Translations under genes and position numbers: made by a program
NCBI GenBank assembly: GCA_051599415.1
Contig: AP039689.1
Span: forward strand, 992,001-1,056,000
Length of the DNA: 64,000 nt
Source: Savitreella phatthalungensis
Taxonomy: Eukaryota
Direction: 5' to 3'
Shown: one piece after another, positions 51,690-63,042 of the stretch
Layout of the letters: each line of letters begins with the position of its first letter
How positions within the stretch are numbered: position 1 is the stretch's first letter
Notes under the pieces: generated by a model
What the model was told of the DNA's origin: nothing
Database searches by the model: none
The model's input: only the letters and a program-made list of their open reading frames with translations

Positions 51690-52994
51690 TCACCGATGCG
51701 GATGGGGTCGTTGATAAGGCACTAGCGGTTCTGCAGGTTGTGGATGCTGCTGCTGCTGTTTTTGTGGATACTGCTGCTCATGATTGTGCCGATGATGAGC
51801 ATCGATCTCGTTTGTATGATGCGATTGTTGATATTGATGAAATTCGGAGGATGGATGCATTCTTATGGGTGGGAGATGCGTCGATGCTGGTGGCACGGAG
51901 GCTGCCACAGCGTGCATGGACTCGGGAGAATCGCGTTCACTACCCGATGAATTTGCCTGTGTCGCCCCTCCAGCAGAAGCCTGTTGCTCCCGCCAGCCGG
52001 AGTCCTGGGATCGAGTGGCCTCTTGTGGAGCCAGAATACGCCGACGCGCATTGATGAACCAATTGCTGATTTGATTCATGTTTAAGCCGGTGTGCTCGCC
52101 TAGTGCTCGCTTCTGATCTTCAGATGGATAAGGGTGATCGACATGCTCATGCAGCCAGGCTCTCAGATACTGGGTCACATGTTTCGGCAGATTGCCTCGT
52201 CGCCGTCGCGTTTTGCTCTCCTCAGATGGCGATGTCGGTACTGACGATGTCTGCATCATGCGAGGAGAAGAATTTGTTCGATGCCCGATGGTCGGACGGC
52301 GTGTCATATCGTAGGGTCCGCTCGAGATGGCTCCGGAGAGCGAGCGACGTCTGTGCTGCTCGGCCACATACATGTGCGCTGTCGCTGTCGCATCCTGATA
52401 GCTGGACGGTTGTGAAACGGTCTCGCTCGCCGGCGACGGAAGAGTTTCTACTGGACCGCCCAGGTAGCGTGTTCCCGGCGTGACGAGAGCGGGCGGAGGT
52501 GGTGGCATTAAGCCAGGAAAAGTCCCAAATCCCGGCCGTTCGCCATCCTGCCGTATGCCGAAGTTTGGGCTGATAGGGGACATACCAGTCATTGCAGCAA
52601 GAGAGCCGCGGGATGAGAACGGATCCTGCCGCGTGGTCGAGTATGATGAAGAGCGCGAAGTAGAGGCGTATCCAGCCGAAGCAGAGCTCAAGCTTGCTTG
52701 CTCTGAGCCGTCTCGATAGCGCCGAAGATCTGGCTCAAGTAGCATCTTGGGCTCTTGTAGCTCAGAGCGGTGAAGCTGTAATGGTAAAGAAGATTTATAT
52801 GCAGCATTCCACCTGCTTGACGTCGATGCCGCGGCTGTAATGCCTGTGGAAGAGCTACTGTCCGAAGCGCGGCGCCCAAGTGAGTGATCGTGATGCTGCG
52901 AATGCGGCATTGGCGGCTGTTGAGCAGCGTGCTCGGGCACAAGCTCTGTGAGTGATGGCAACCTGAGCTGCTTGGCATCGGGCGACCGATTCAT
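51690..52994 (-). CDS. TALE-class (KN) homeodomain transcription factor, Cup9/Tos8-like
   Basis: RRRRGNLPK..LRAWLHEHVDHPYPSEDQK..QISNWFINARRR and an N-terminal LPSL motif. Confidence 0.92.
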   Translation of the reverse strand: MNRSPDAKQLRLPSLTELVPEHAAQQPPMPHSQHHDHSLGRRASDSSSSTGITAAASTSSRWNAAYKSSLPLQLHRSELQEPKMLLEPDLRRYRDGSEQASLSSASAGYASTSRSSSYSTTRQDPFSSRGSLAAMTGMSPISPNFGIRQDGERPGFGTFPGLMPPPPPALVTPGTRYLGGPVETLPSPASETVSQPSSYQDATATAHMYVAEQHRRRSLSGAISSGPYDMTRRPTIGHRTNSSPRMMQTSSVPTSPSEESKTRRRRGNLPKHVTQYLRAWLHEHVDHPYPSEDQKRALGEHTGLNMNQISNWFINARRRILAPQEATRSQDSGWREQQASAGGATQANSSGSERDSPESMHAVAASVPPASTHLPPIRMHPSSEFHQYQQSHHTNEIDAHHRHNHEQQYPQKQQQQHPQPAEPLVPYQRPHPHR

Positions 52995-54211
52995 CTGTAA
53001 GGTCTCTCCAGATAACCTCGCCGCTCACGCGCGAGGTCTTCGATCTTGAGCACCAAAAAAGCGATGTGTCGTTGACGTCCTGAGGCGTTATGCTAACAGG
53101 CGTTCCTTTAATCAGAAGCCGAGCTGTCAGTCGTACAAGCGGTCAGCAGCTTGTCGTGTCAGGAGGCAAAAGTCAACTTGAAGGTGTCGTTCAGATGAAC
53201 ACGGGGATCTCGAACGCGATGCCGAGCGTGCGCCGTAGACTAGACAGCAGGGTAAGACAGTCGCTCAATCCGAGACACGCAAGCTCGTCAAGAGTGCGTT
53301 TCACGCACGCGAGGCGGCAATCGAATAGGAGCGTTTCGGGAATCAGATGCGCGACAGACGGTGGACCAAGCAGGACTGACCTGCTGCTGACGGGGAGCGT
53401 GTCTAAGAGTCCGACGCCGCGTGCAAGGACCTATCCGAGTGTCAGAAAATGGTAAATGTATCGGTCTGGTGACTGTGGCCGCGTGGACGACTGATCAGGT
53501 GAAAGGGCAAATTCGTGCAGCAGTCTATGTCGCGCGCGAGAATGCGACTTCCCTCTCAGTCAGCTATCGGGCTCAAAACCTGCAACTCCCAGCTGCCAGT
53601 GTGTTAGGTCGATGTTATGGAGCACTTTGTCACCCAAGCGGAATCACCTGACTACAGTCGAAACTCGATAAAATGGCGGTCGCACTCGTGATGTGGAGAC
53701 TGCAACTCAGCTGTTCGAGAATCGGGAGATGCGGCTGATAGGGCAGATAGGATGGAACAAACGTTGTGAAAGAAGACACGCAGATGGCGGCTTAGAACCT
53801 ATCGGGTCTGTTGCGGTCTCGGATGGCAGTTCAACGTGTTTGATATCGTGCAGTCGCGCCTTTGTTGTCAACCAAAAGCCGTGACCTGACCGTTCACGTT
53901 GTGGAGACGAGCGATAAAACCGGACAAGTGTCAGCCCACTGCCACAGTGCGCTGATCGCTAGGTGCTGTATGATGAGAACAACCGGAAGAACTGCGTCCT
54001 CGCGAGTGTTATACTGCCTCGCGCGGGAAGAAGAGCAGATCGACAACAAGCAAGTTGGTCAAACACGACGATGGTAGGAAACGAGTCAATACCGTGTCTC
54101 GGGCTCTTAGTTCGAGCTTCTCCGTCGTTTACTCGATCGATTCTGATCGAGTTCTCGGTATCCGGAGCTCATTTTCTCGAATGGAAGGTTAATCGGTAAG
54201 TCAGTCAATCC

Positions 54212-54274
54212 GTCAGTCAGTCAGTCAGTCAGTCAGTCAGTCATTTCATCCATTCATTCATTCATTCGTTCATT
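54212..54274. repeat. Compound microsatellite (GTCA)8 followed by imperfect (CATT)n
   Basis: Read directly, about 1.2 kb upstream of the homeobox ATG. Confidence 0.9.
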
Positions 54275-57200
54275 ACCCGGCCTATGCTACCCTGCCAAAT
54301 CCAGTAAGGATACGCTTGGCCGTTCGTTCTTCGTTTTCTGCGGTTAACTTGAGTGGGAGTCTTTGCTTGGACAGATAAAAAGGAAAGTGGTGCCGGCGTT
54401 AAGAACGAAGATTGTCAGCCAATTGGATAGATCTTCAAACTGATGCGAAGTGACAGGGGTCAAATCTGAGTTCGACAACTCCTGTTATATTCAAACACCC
54501 TCAAAATCAAATCTTGAAGGAAAATCAAGTGCAAAAGAAGGAAAATGACATAACAGAGCACAGCAGATTAGATTTTGACTCTATTCAAATTACCACACGC
54601 TGGATCGTAATTTATCCAGCTCTGAGTTGACCCACAATACATAGACGATGCTATAGAAAGCCACACAAGCCAATGGGGTTTGATGTCTTCACAAGCGAGA
54701 AGGGGAAGAATGTCATCTGCCTATCTTTCCCGTTCAGATCAGATAGAGATTCTTATCCAGCAAGAGACAAGGGTTAAGGATAGTAGACCATGAAACACGA
54801 CCGTCCACTTGTAAAAGTCTTTGATGTCAAACAAAGTCTATCATACATCGATCACCTCTCACCGGATCAGCTTTTTCAAATCTTCAGAAAGGGGGAATGA
54901 TATGAGCAGGACATGCTGACAAACGTCACTCGGGAATTCCACTGCTTGACAATGCGGAGATGCGTGTGCTTGGTAGGGAGCCTTCTGAGCTTTGGTCCAT
55001 TCCGCGGTGTCAATCCTTGAGTTCGTACAGGATAGATGATTCATCCAGTCGGCAATCGACACGAGTTTTGTCATGGGTTACACTTACTTGGATCTCCTGA
55101 CCAGCAGCACTCAGATCATCTTGAATCCTGTCAGCATTTCTCCTCGCGGCACTTTGTCGACCACGAGAAAGTCTTGGCGAAAGTCTGTGTTCAGAGCTCC
55201 CAGTCTGGGACTAGCGAGAAATGATAGCTAAAGTGATTGAAGTGTAAACCTGGGTCACTGATAGTTGACGCCGGACTGGGCAGCACGGGCGAAGCTCCAA
55301 AGGTAAGCACGATGCACAGAATAGATTTAATGGCCGTCCATCTTTCCGCCTGTCAGTGATCCAAGTGAAAGAGTGATATGTCACAATCAAAATGAAAGCA
55401 TGGTTAAATTCAAATTCCATCAGATCCATCCACCCAATTTATTTGGAAAGCCCGTCAGAACCCTCGGGCTCGCTGCAATGGGCTTCTTTGGAAGACTAGG
55501 TGAGCCCAAGTCAAGCTACCCACATCGCAGGACAGAGAAGCTGACAGGAGGGGCGCCAGCATCGGGAATCAATATCAGCCACGATATGGTAATTTGCGCT
55601 TTTGGATTCAACCTAACTAGGTATCACGGACTGTCGATCATCCAGTCTCTGTCGTCTAGAAAGCCAGATGTCAGATAGAGCCGAGGTTGAAAGGAATCAC
55701 CATCGATTCCAGATCTGCTGCTTCGAAACCCATACCATACGAACTGAACCGTGCTTTTGGTCGTCGGGGACTTTCTCGTTTATGTTCCCATGCACCGGTA
55801 CGGGGTCAAACCACAGCAGGTCTCAGATGTCCGACAAATCCACTTCGACCTGAGATTCATCAAGGTATACTCGCATGTAAGTGGTCCTCGTGGTTCGGGT
55901 GCACGAGCCCTGCAATCGGATTTCACTATCTTCCTCAAGCACGTTTGTACTATGCATCGTTGCGTCGCAGCTGCCACCATATGCAGCTGAACGACTTAGG
56001 CTTACTCGTGCTTCCTATTCACGGGGGCTTTGATGCTGATCGAGCGAGGCAAGGCTGCACGCGAAGCCGATTTGGCGGTCGTGTGCTTTGGAACGAACGA
56101 CGTCAAGCATAGTAAGAAATTCAATTGAGGTCATCGCAGATCAGCATTCCAAGGAGCTGGCGAGTAGACGGTCAGTTCGTCCATGGCAGCGGGTTTCGGG
56201 TGAGCTTCCCTGGTCAAATCGGGCTATCGTTGATATGTCTTCGCTTGCACAAGATTTCTCGAGGGCATTGGGCTTTCTGTTCGTGCATTCCCATTGAGGA
56301 AGACTTTCGACTCAATTCTATTCCTTGCGTGCCCCGTTGACAGCAATATGTGGAAAACCCTTGCTGAGGACCACCCCAATTTCACATGAGGTTGACATGG
56401 CTCGCGCTGTTTCTCTTCCATTCGTCATTCGTTCAGCGGTTTTCGACCATCTCTCGAATGACGGGAGATGAGCATTGACCTGGCCAAATGCCATTTTGCA
56501 CCAGTATGCGAGTCTGGCATGCATTTGCTGGCCCCTCGAACATATTCCGGGATTGACACCGCGAAGTAACCCAAGACGTGGTCTAAAGCTACAGAGATAT
56601 GACGTCACCTGTCGTGAACTCACGAGCTGGAAGTCCACTGAATACCATTTGTTGTGATGTCAGGATAGACCGCGTGATGCCACGTCGGTAAATCGTCTCA
56701 AATTGGCCTGGTCCAGCCAATCGCTGCATTCTCATCAACGGCTGATGAGCTCTTCGTTCGAGAGCGCCGGGTATTCAGGACCAGTGTGGATCGCGGTAAT
56801 TGTGATATGGACCTTCTCAGCCAGCGGCCCAAGCGCTCGCCTCCAGGGCCGCAGCTACAGGACGGCCAAAAGGCGAGCCAGTGACCTATTCGAGTCAGCG
56901 GGATTACCGTGCAACATATCTCAGTGATTGTGATCACAAATGATAGGAGGAGCCCCCACCGACCGAGCTTCTGCATAGGATCGTCGTCTACAGACGTGCA
57001 TGTATGCCTTAGCTTACAATTGTACGCACAGTTTCCGTCAGACATGGCAAGGCGAGCAGCCAGGAATTGTGAGCCCGGCGACTCTCGATGCATCATGATG
57101 ATTTGCTGGTCAGGCGTATTCATTCAGAGATATCAACGCAAAGATGCAACCGCGCAGCAATGATCAACACAATCAGATCTGAGGAATGGGACGAGACTCG

Positions 57201-57816
57201 TGTACGCATTGGCATGCGCTTTGCGTCAAAGAGGCTCCAGATGACAACTATTCGTGCTTCGTGTTCGATGCTTAAGCGAATCGGGTAGCGATTCTTGTGC
57301 ATAGACGCATGGCTCGCCAGGCTAGACTGGAGGAAAAGCGTATGCTAGTTGCGTATATACAGGACCTGTACGATGAGTAGCTCCGAGGGATGAAGATGAA
57401 TATGTATTCGAGATATTGCGCGCCACGGAGACTATGCCAGACTCGGAACTGTTACAAGACTCCACTAGACTGCGATAGGAATTGAGACGACCGGCAGCTC
57501 GTGGTATGGCCTTGGATCGGGGAGTGGACGCGCACACCGTCTGGAGTGAACAATTAGTGCCAGAGGCACGGGTGGTCTTCAGAATCCGAGCACGTGCTCT
57601 TCGTGGCATCAACTTTTTACCCATGGAGGAAATCATTCTGACAATGAATTTAGTGACTCAGTCGTGCCCTGACCGTACACCTATTTGACAGGAAGCGGAG
57701 GGCAGCGCATCCGATCAGCCAGCAGAATCAGGAGAAAGGCATTCAAGATACTCGCTTCGATTCGATTCGCAAGAAGACCATATAGATTGTGCAGCTCAAA
57801 TCTGCCACGACGAAAG

Positions 57817-59679
57817 ATGACGGATGCCGCACTGGCGAACCACCTCTCCAAATTGGACCTAGCGCAGTCCTCGTTACCAACTGGCTGCGAGGCAGACCAC
57901 AATCCAGTCGACATCTACAAAGCATATGCAGCACAGAAGCTCGCTCCAATCACCGGCCTAGATGTCGATCTTCTTTTCAACAGCATTTTACTCGCACCGA
58001 CGAAAGCACAAAAGGGAGACCTTCAGATTCCCATAAGCCCAAAACTTGGCAAGCTGCCAGGCAAGCCTGCCGACGTCGCTACTGAATGGGCGAGCAAATT
58101 CCCGGAAGGCGGACCCGCTAAGGTTGAGGCTAATGGCATGTTCCTGACCATCACATTGGAGCCGAAGGCAATGACGAGCTTCGTCGTCCCGCACATCATA
58201 TCCAGGGGTAAATCATACGGCACTTTCGATACGCACAAGGGCAAGCGCTGTTGTGTCGAATTCTCCTCGCCAAATATCGCCAAGCCATTTCACGCAGGAC
58301 ACCTGCGATCAACTATTCTAGGCGGCTTTATCTCTAACCTTTACGAGACTGTCGGTTGGGACGTCACGCGGATCAACTACCTTGGCGACTGGGGAAAGCA
58401 ATATGGATTGCTTGCCGTTGGCTTTGAGCTGTTCGGAGACGATGCTGAGCTGGAGAAGGATGCGATCAAGCATCTGTTCAATGTATATGTCAAGGTCAAT
58501 CGTCAGGCCGAAGAAGAGGAAAATGCCGAAAAGACCCGAAAGGCGGAGCTCGAGGCTGCCGGCACACCGTACGAGCCTCGGGAGACTCTACACGACCGAG
58601 CACGCGCATATTTCCGCAAGATGGAGGACAAGTCTGAGACTGAGCTCGCAGTTTGGTCGAAGTTCCGCAACCTATCCATTGAGAAATTGCAGCAAACATA
58701 TGCTCGACTGAATGTGCGATATGATCACTACTCTGGTGAATCTCAGGTGTCACAAGAGTCGATGGACGAGGCCCTAGAGATACTGCGTCAGAAGGGTCTG
58801 ATGACGGAGGACAAGGGTGCCCAAATTGTCGATCTTACACCCTACTCGAAGAAGCTCGGCAAAGCCATCGTGCAGAAGCGTGACGGCACGACGCTGTACC
58901 TTACACGTGACATCGGCGAGGCAAAGAAGCGATTCGAGCAGTTCAATTACGATAAGAGCATATACGTTGTCGCTTCGCAACAAGATCTCCACCTGGCCCA
59001 GCTCTTCAAGATTCTGGAACTTATGGGCTACGACTGGGCGCCGCGTCTAGCTCACATCAACTACGGCATGGTCCAGGGCATGTCGACTCGTAAAGGGACA
59101 GCTGTCTTCCTTGATGAGATCCTCGAGGAGGCGAAGACGACAATGCACGCCGTGATGCGAAAGAATGAGGACAAATACGCTCAGATTGAGAATCCCGAAT
59201 TTGTCGCCGACACTGTGGGCATCACAGGTGTCATGGTCCAGGATATGGCTGCTAAGCGAATCAACAATTACGACTTCAGCTGGGATCGAATGCTGTCGTT
59301 TGAGGGAGATACTGGACCGTATCTGCAGTACGCACATTCCCGTCTCTGTTCTGTGCAACGCAAGGCTGGGAAGGACGATGCATGGGTGGCTGATGCAGAC
59401 ACTTCCTTGTTATCCGAGCCTGCGGCTGTAGACATCGTCAAGCTGCTGATGCTTTGGCCCGAGACGGTGAAACAAGCGTACAAGGTACAGGAGGCTTCGA
59501 CGATTTGCACGTACCTCTTCCGCTTGTCGCATGCCGTCTCGTCTGCTTATGACAAATTATACGTCGCCAACCGTGAGGAATCGATCGCGAAAGCGCGTCT
59601 CGCTCTTTTCATTGCCTGTCGCATTACGCTCAATAACGGCATGAAGCTCCTCGGGCTTCATCCGCTTGAGCGGATGTAG
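57817..59679 (+). CDS. RRS1: Arginyl-tRNA synthetase; first ATG at 57817, with a possible non-AUG extension
   Basis: EFSSPNIAKPFHAGHLRST (HIGH-like), NYLGDWGKQ, GMSTRKG, GDTGPYLQYAH and C-terminal LERM. Confidence 0.97.
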   Translation: MTDAALANHLSKLDLAQSSLPTGCEADHNPVDIYKAYAAQKLAPITGLDVDLLFNSILLAPTKAQKGDLQIPISPKLGKLPGKPADVATEWASKFPEGGPAKVEANGMFLTITLEPKAMTSFVVPHIISRGKSYGTFDTHKGKRCCVEFSSPNIAKPFHAGHLRSTILGGFISNLYETVGWDVTRINYLGDWGKQYGLLAVGFELFGDDAELEKDAIKHLFNVYVKVNRQAEEEENAEKTRKAELEAAGTPYEPRETLHDRARAYFRKMEDKSETELAVWSKFRNLSIEKLQQTYARLNVRYDHYSGESQVSQESMDEALEILRQKGLMTEDKGAQIVDLTPYSKKLGKAIVQKRDGTTLYLTRDIGEAKKRFEQFNYDKSIYVVASQQDLHLAQLFKILELMGYDWAPRLAHINYGMVQGMSTRKGTAVFLDEILEEAKTTMHAVMRKNEDKYAQIENPEFVADTVGITGVMVQDMAAKRINNYDFSWDRMLSFEGDTGPYLQYAHSRLCSVQRKAGKDDAWVADADTSLLSEPAAVDIVKLLMLWPETVKQAYKVQEASTICTYLFRLSHAVSSAYDKLYVANREESIAKARLALFIACRITLNNGMKLLGLHPLERM

Positions 59680-59883
59680 GAAGTGTAGCATAAATAGAAG
59701 GAGGCTGTAATGCATGCAACGGGCTCTTCGGGCCGATGACTGAAAAGCGGGATATCTTTTTGGAATTCGCGGGTTGTGGGGAAGCCACGACGAGCATTGG
59801 ACTGACTTTTGTCACGTATTTAAGCGGCCGTCAGACGCGTTATTTGTCCGGGACAGCATAGCAAGCGCTCGACAGCAGCAAGA

Positions 59884-60657
59884 ATGGCGAATCACACAGC
59901 TGTGCTGCAGATGCATCTGTCTGCTGAGACCGGGTCCGCTCGAGCAAAGAGACTGAATGCGGATACGCCAGAGTGGAGCAAGATGTGCGCCGGCGGTCAG
60001 CATTATGACTGCATGGTGCCTTCGATGGTCCAGGCGAGGCATGACGGAAAGCGGATAGCCAGGATGTACAATGACACAGAAGGCGATCCGGATAACATTG
60101 GGCCTGATCGCATCCTGGAGCTGCGGACCGCTATTCTCCGACGCCTAGTCGGCTCTATGCCAGATGCGGTAGATGGACAAGTATCGACCTCGGGGGTCGC
60201 TATTCCGTCTTGCTACATCGAACCACCAATACGGGTCGACTATGGTTGCAATATCCATCTGGGATCCCATACATATGCGAACCATGGACTCATGGTGCTA
60301 GATTGTGGTGACGTGTTCATTGGCGATCGCACAGTGATAGGACCGAATGTCGAAATTTACTGTGCTGGACATCCGATCGAGGTCGAGCGCCGACGAAAGT
60401 TCGAAGAGCACGGTGGCAGGGTTGTCATTGGCGAGGACTGTTGGATTGGAGGTCGTGCTGTAATCGTGCCGGGCGTCACCATCGGGAATGGAGTAACGGT
60501 CGCGGCCGGCGCTGTGGTAACCAAGGACGTGCCAGGGAACTGTGTCGTCGCAGGCACGCCTGCTAGGATAATAAAGCGTCTTGAGGGTTTCGAGAATCCG
60601 CTCGACATTAATGACAGAGCTCAGGAAGTGACGAAAGAGGATCTCAAGGAGCGCTGA
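59884..60657 (+). CDS. Maltose/galactoside O-acetyltransferase-like protein (left-handed beta helix)
   Basis: IEPPIRVDYGCNI, IGDRTVIGPNV..HP, IGEDCWIGG..PGVTIG..AGAVVTKDVP..GTPARII. Confidence 0.92.
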   Translation: MANHTAVLQMHLSAETGSARAKRLNADTPEWSKMCAGGQHYDCMVPSMVQARHDGKRIARMYNDTEGDPDNIGPDRILELRTAILRRLVGSMPDAVDGQVSTSGVAIPSCYIEPPIRVDYGCNIHLGSHTYANHGLMVLDCGDVFIGDRTVIGPNVEIYCAGHPIEVERRRKFEEHGGRVVIGEDCWIGGRAVIVPGVTIGNGVTVAAGAVVTKDVPGNCVVAGTPARIIKRLEGFENPLDINDRAQEVTKEDLKER

Positions 60658-61729
60658 ACGTCATAGTCCTGCGTGATTCCACTGTCAAAGTGAGCTCGCC
60701 ACGCATCTGGACTAAGTAACGCCAGTAATTCGAGGTCGAGCTCACAGCAACGAGTGTGTCATCGCTTGGCCAAGCAAGTGACACGCGGGGTTCTGACATT
60801 TCGATTTGAGCGGCTGACCAGCTCGAGGCGAAGTATTTCGGTAGAATGCTGCGCAGTAATGGTGATGTCAGAAACGAGGTTCTGTTCCTTTGTCCATCTA
60901 ATTCTCCCGACGTGCTATCGATGTGGAAAACATGCATCGTGCCCTTATCACTTGTGACCGCAAGCAGTCGACCGCTTGGATTGAATGCCATCGACATTAT
61001 TTCAGCCTTGTCTGCTCCTCTTCGCAATTCGCACACCTGTTCGCCACCGTTGACACGCCATATGCGGATCAGAGTGCCACTTCGACTCGCTGTGGCAATG
61101 AGAGTCCCATCACGCGACATGCAAATCCTCGCAAGAACTTCCTCGTGAGCATGGAGTATTTGCACCCTTGGACGCGTCTGTGCCCGAGCTGACAAGGTCG
61201 CCAGTGACTCGGCCACGGCATCATCTCCATCCGTAGTACCTGTAGGTGCCTCTACGGAGCCAAGATCGACCGCCTGAAGATAGCCTGAACGCCGGCCTGG
61301 AAATGCAAGAATACATCGAGCACCTAAAGACACGGCGAGAAGGCCATTCAGGTTGTCCGCGGTATCGTAGGATTGCAGCAAGATCGGCCGTTTAGCAAAG
61401 CTGTACACGAGCACTTGATTGTGCAGCGCGACGATAATCCGGTCTCGCCGCAGACGGATGCCAGTAACTGTGCCAAGTGCACCAAGAGGCAACTCGACGA
61501 CGAATTTCCGCCGACTGTCATCATAAATTCGAACAGTATCTGGGGCGTTAGAGAGAACCAATGCTACAAAATTCGTGCGCTCCAGAACATCCCCAAAAAG
61601 GACTTCTGCATGCAGATTCCTCTTGATGGCTTCCTTGAAGGGACTCATATGGTATATTGCGAAACCATCCTCAAGGCATATCAAGCATAGTCCACCATCG
61701 CCATTAAAGTGCGCGGACCTTGTTGTCAT
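60644..61729 (-). CDS. HSV2: PROPPIN WD40 protein of the Hsv2/WIPI3-4 type
   Basis: ATASRSGTLIRIW, ELRRG lipid-binding motif, SDKGTMHVF and LPKYFASSWS. ATG at 61729. Confidence 0.88.
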   Translation of the reverse strand: MTTRSAHFNGDGGLCLICLEDGFAIYHMSPFKEAIKRNLHAEVLFGDVLERTNFVALVLSNAPDTVRIYDDSRRKFVVELPLGALGTVTGIRLRRDRIIVALHNQVLVYSFAKRPILLQSYDTADNLNGLLAVSLGARCILAFPGRRSGYLQAVDLGSVEAPTGTTDGDDAVAESLATLSARAQTRPRVQILHAHEEVLARICMSRDGTLIATASRSGTLIRIWRVNGGEQVCELRRGADKAEIMSMAFNPSGRLLAVTSDKGTMHVFHIDSTSGELDGQRNRTSFLTSPLLRSILPKYFASSWSAAQIEMSEPRVSLAWPSDDTLVAVSSTSNYWRYLVQMRGELTLTVESRRTMTFSAP

Positions 61730-62325
61730 AAGGTGTCCTGGTGGTGAGGAAAGCTCTGACGTGAGTCCTTTGACGATGTCGATGTGATTGTCGCCTATAG
61801 TCGCTACAAAGACCAACTAGGAGATCATCGCATCATTCACCATGCGATGAAACCTGTGCGCGTATGCCCGTCCTTTGTCATATGTGTGGGATGAATGATG
61901 CACTCTGTAGATACACTCGATCTCCTCATTGCGGATCACACTTTGACTTGTTTGTTGTGGATGATCGACTGTTCGTTCATGCATTTAAACCGTACTGTTA
62001 TGGCCAATGAACTTGAATAATATTCCATTGAGAAACTTGCAGAAATTTGCAATAAATGCATATGTACGTACATACACATGCGTGTACTGCGTGCGCCTGG
62101 ATATATCGATTGGAATCAATGATCAGATCGATCTCTGTTGAAGAACAATACAGCTAGCTCGACATGCACGGGATACCTACTACGCCTTGCAAACTTCAAT
62201 TGATGTCAATCAATGCACGAAAACATCAGGCTGCCGTTGACCGTCTTGGTTCAAGAAGTCCCCGTGATTGTTCCTAGGCGACACGAGGCAGCGTCGACCG
62301 GATCACCGGCGTGGTTCCTACATTG

Positions 62326-63027
62326 ATGGGCAACGATGGAGGATCTATTCCCGGTAGAAGTGATCTCGTAAGGTTCAGTGATAGTAGCGCGCGCGCCAAA
62401 AGACGCGCCAACTTGGACAGGGATGATTTGCACTATGCTTGGAAATTCTGTAGACTGTCCGGTGCTGCACTGAGAGCGCCACTTGTAAGCGATGCATTCG
62501 GCTGTCTCTACAACAAAGAGGCTGTTCTCTCAGCGCTGCTGGGAGAGACCTCGGATAGTTCAAACGAATTGAAGCACATTCGAGGACTGCGCGATATAGT
62601 GGATATCCGGCCCGGTGTCGGCAAGACTGACTTGTCCGATGACGAAGCAGGTTTCATTTGTGAAGCGACGGGCAAGGCTATGGACGGTAACACACGCTTT
62701 GCATACTTGGCCAGGTGTGGTCATGCCTTTGCCACCGAGGCGTTGGCAATGGGAGATCGGTCGCTTTGCCTGATCTGTAACAAACGGTACGATGAGGCGC
62801 TCGACCTCGTACATCTCAATCCTGATCGCAGTGACGAAAAAGCTCAAACAAGAAACGAAGTGCGCTTGGCGAACCTTGCCTCGGTGGGGCTGTCGCACAA
62901 CATGACGAGGACTAGAACGACAAAGGATACGAAGAAGGCGAAGAAACGCAAATTCGACAAGGACGATCTCGAGAGCGAGGAACAAAAGCGACCGAAACAT
63001 CCATCAAAGACGATATACGCATCATGA
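62326..63027 (+). CDS. RTF2: Rtf2 RING-like protein
   Basis: MGNDGGSIP, LYNKEAVL, HIRGLRDIV, CGHAF and CLIC. Confidence 0.92.
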   Translation: MGNDGGSIPGRSDLVRFSDSSARAKRRANLDRDDLHYAWKFCRLSGAALRAPLVSDAFGCLYNKEAVLSALLGETSDSSNELKHIRGLRDIVDIRPGVGKTDLSDDEAGFICEATGKAMDGNTRFAYLARCGHAFATEALAMGDRSLCLICNKRYDEALDLVHLNPDRSDEKAQTRNEVRLANLASVGLSHNMTRTRTTKDTKKAKKRKFDKDDLESEEQKRPKHPSKTIYAS

Positions 63028-63042
63028 TACATTCATCAGCAT

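Noticed and set aside
28331..52999. CAG immediately before the ATG in tap42, the HhH gene, pha2 and the homeobox gene, suggesting acceptors abutting start codons
   Set aside because: No convincing donor and branch pair found for these genes; probably start-codon context or chance.
59703..59740. GGCTGTAATG resembling the fungal SRP RNA 5' motif
   Set aside because: Only about 200 nt lie between genes, and I see no helix 6/8 motifs or Pol III terminator.
59884..60657. Acetyltransferase as a recent bacterial horizontal transfer
   Set aside because: The family is widespread in fungi, and lack of introns is uninformative in this genome.
12744..63027. Apparent concentration of RNA-processing genes (uaf2, syf2, cwc15, rds3, pop4, cbc2, rtf2)
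   Set aside because: They are dispersed among unrelated housekeeping genes and cannot be distinguished from chance without genome-wide statistics.
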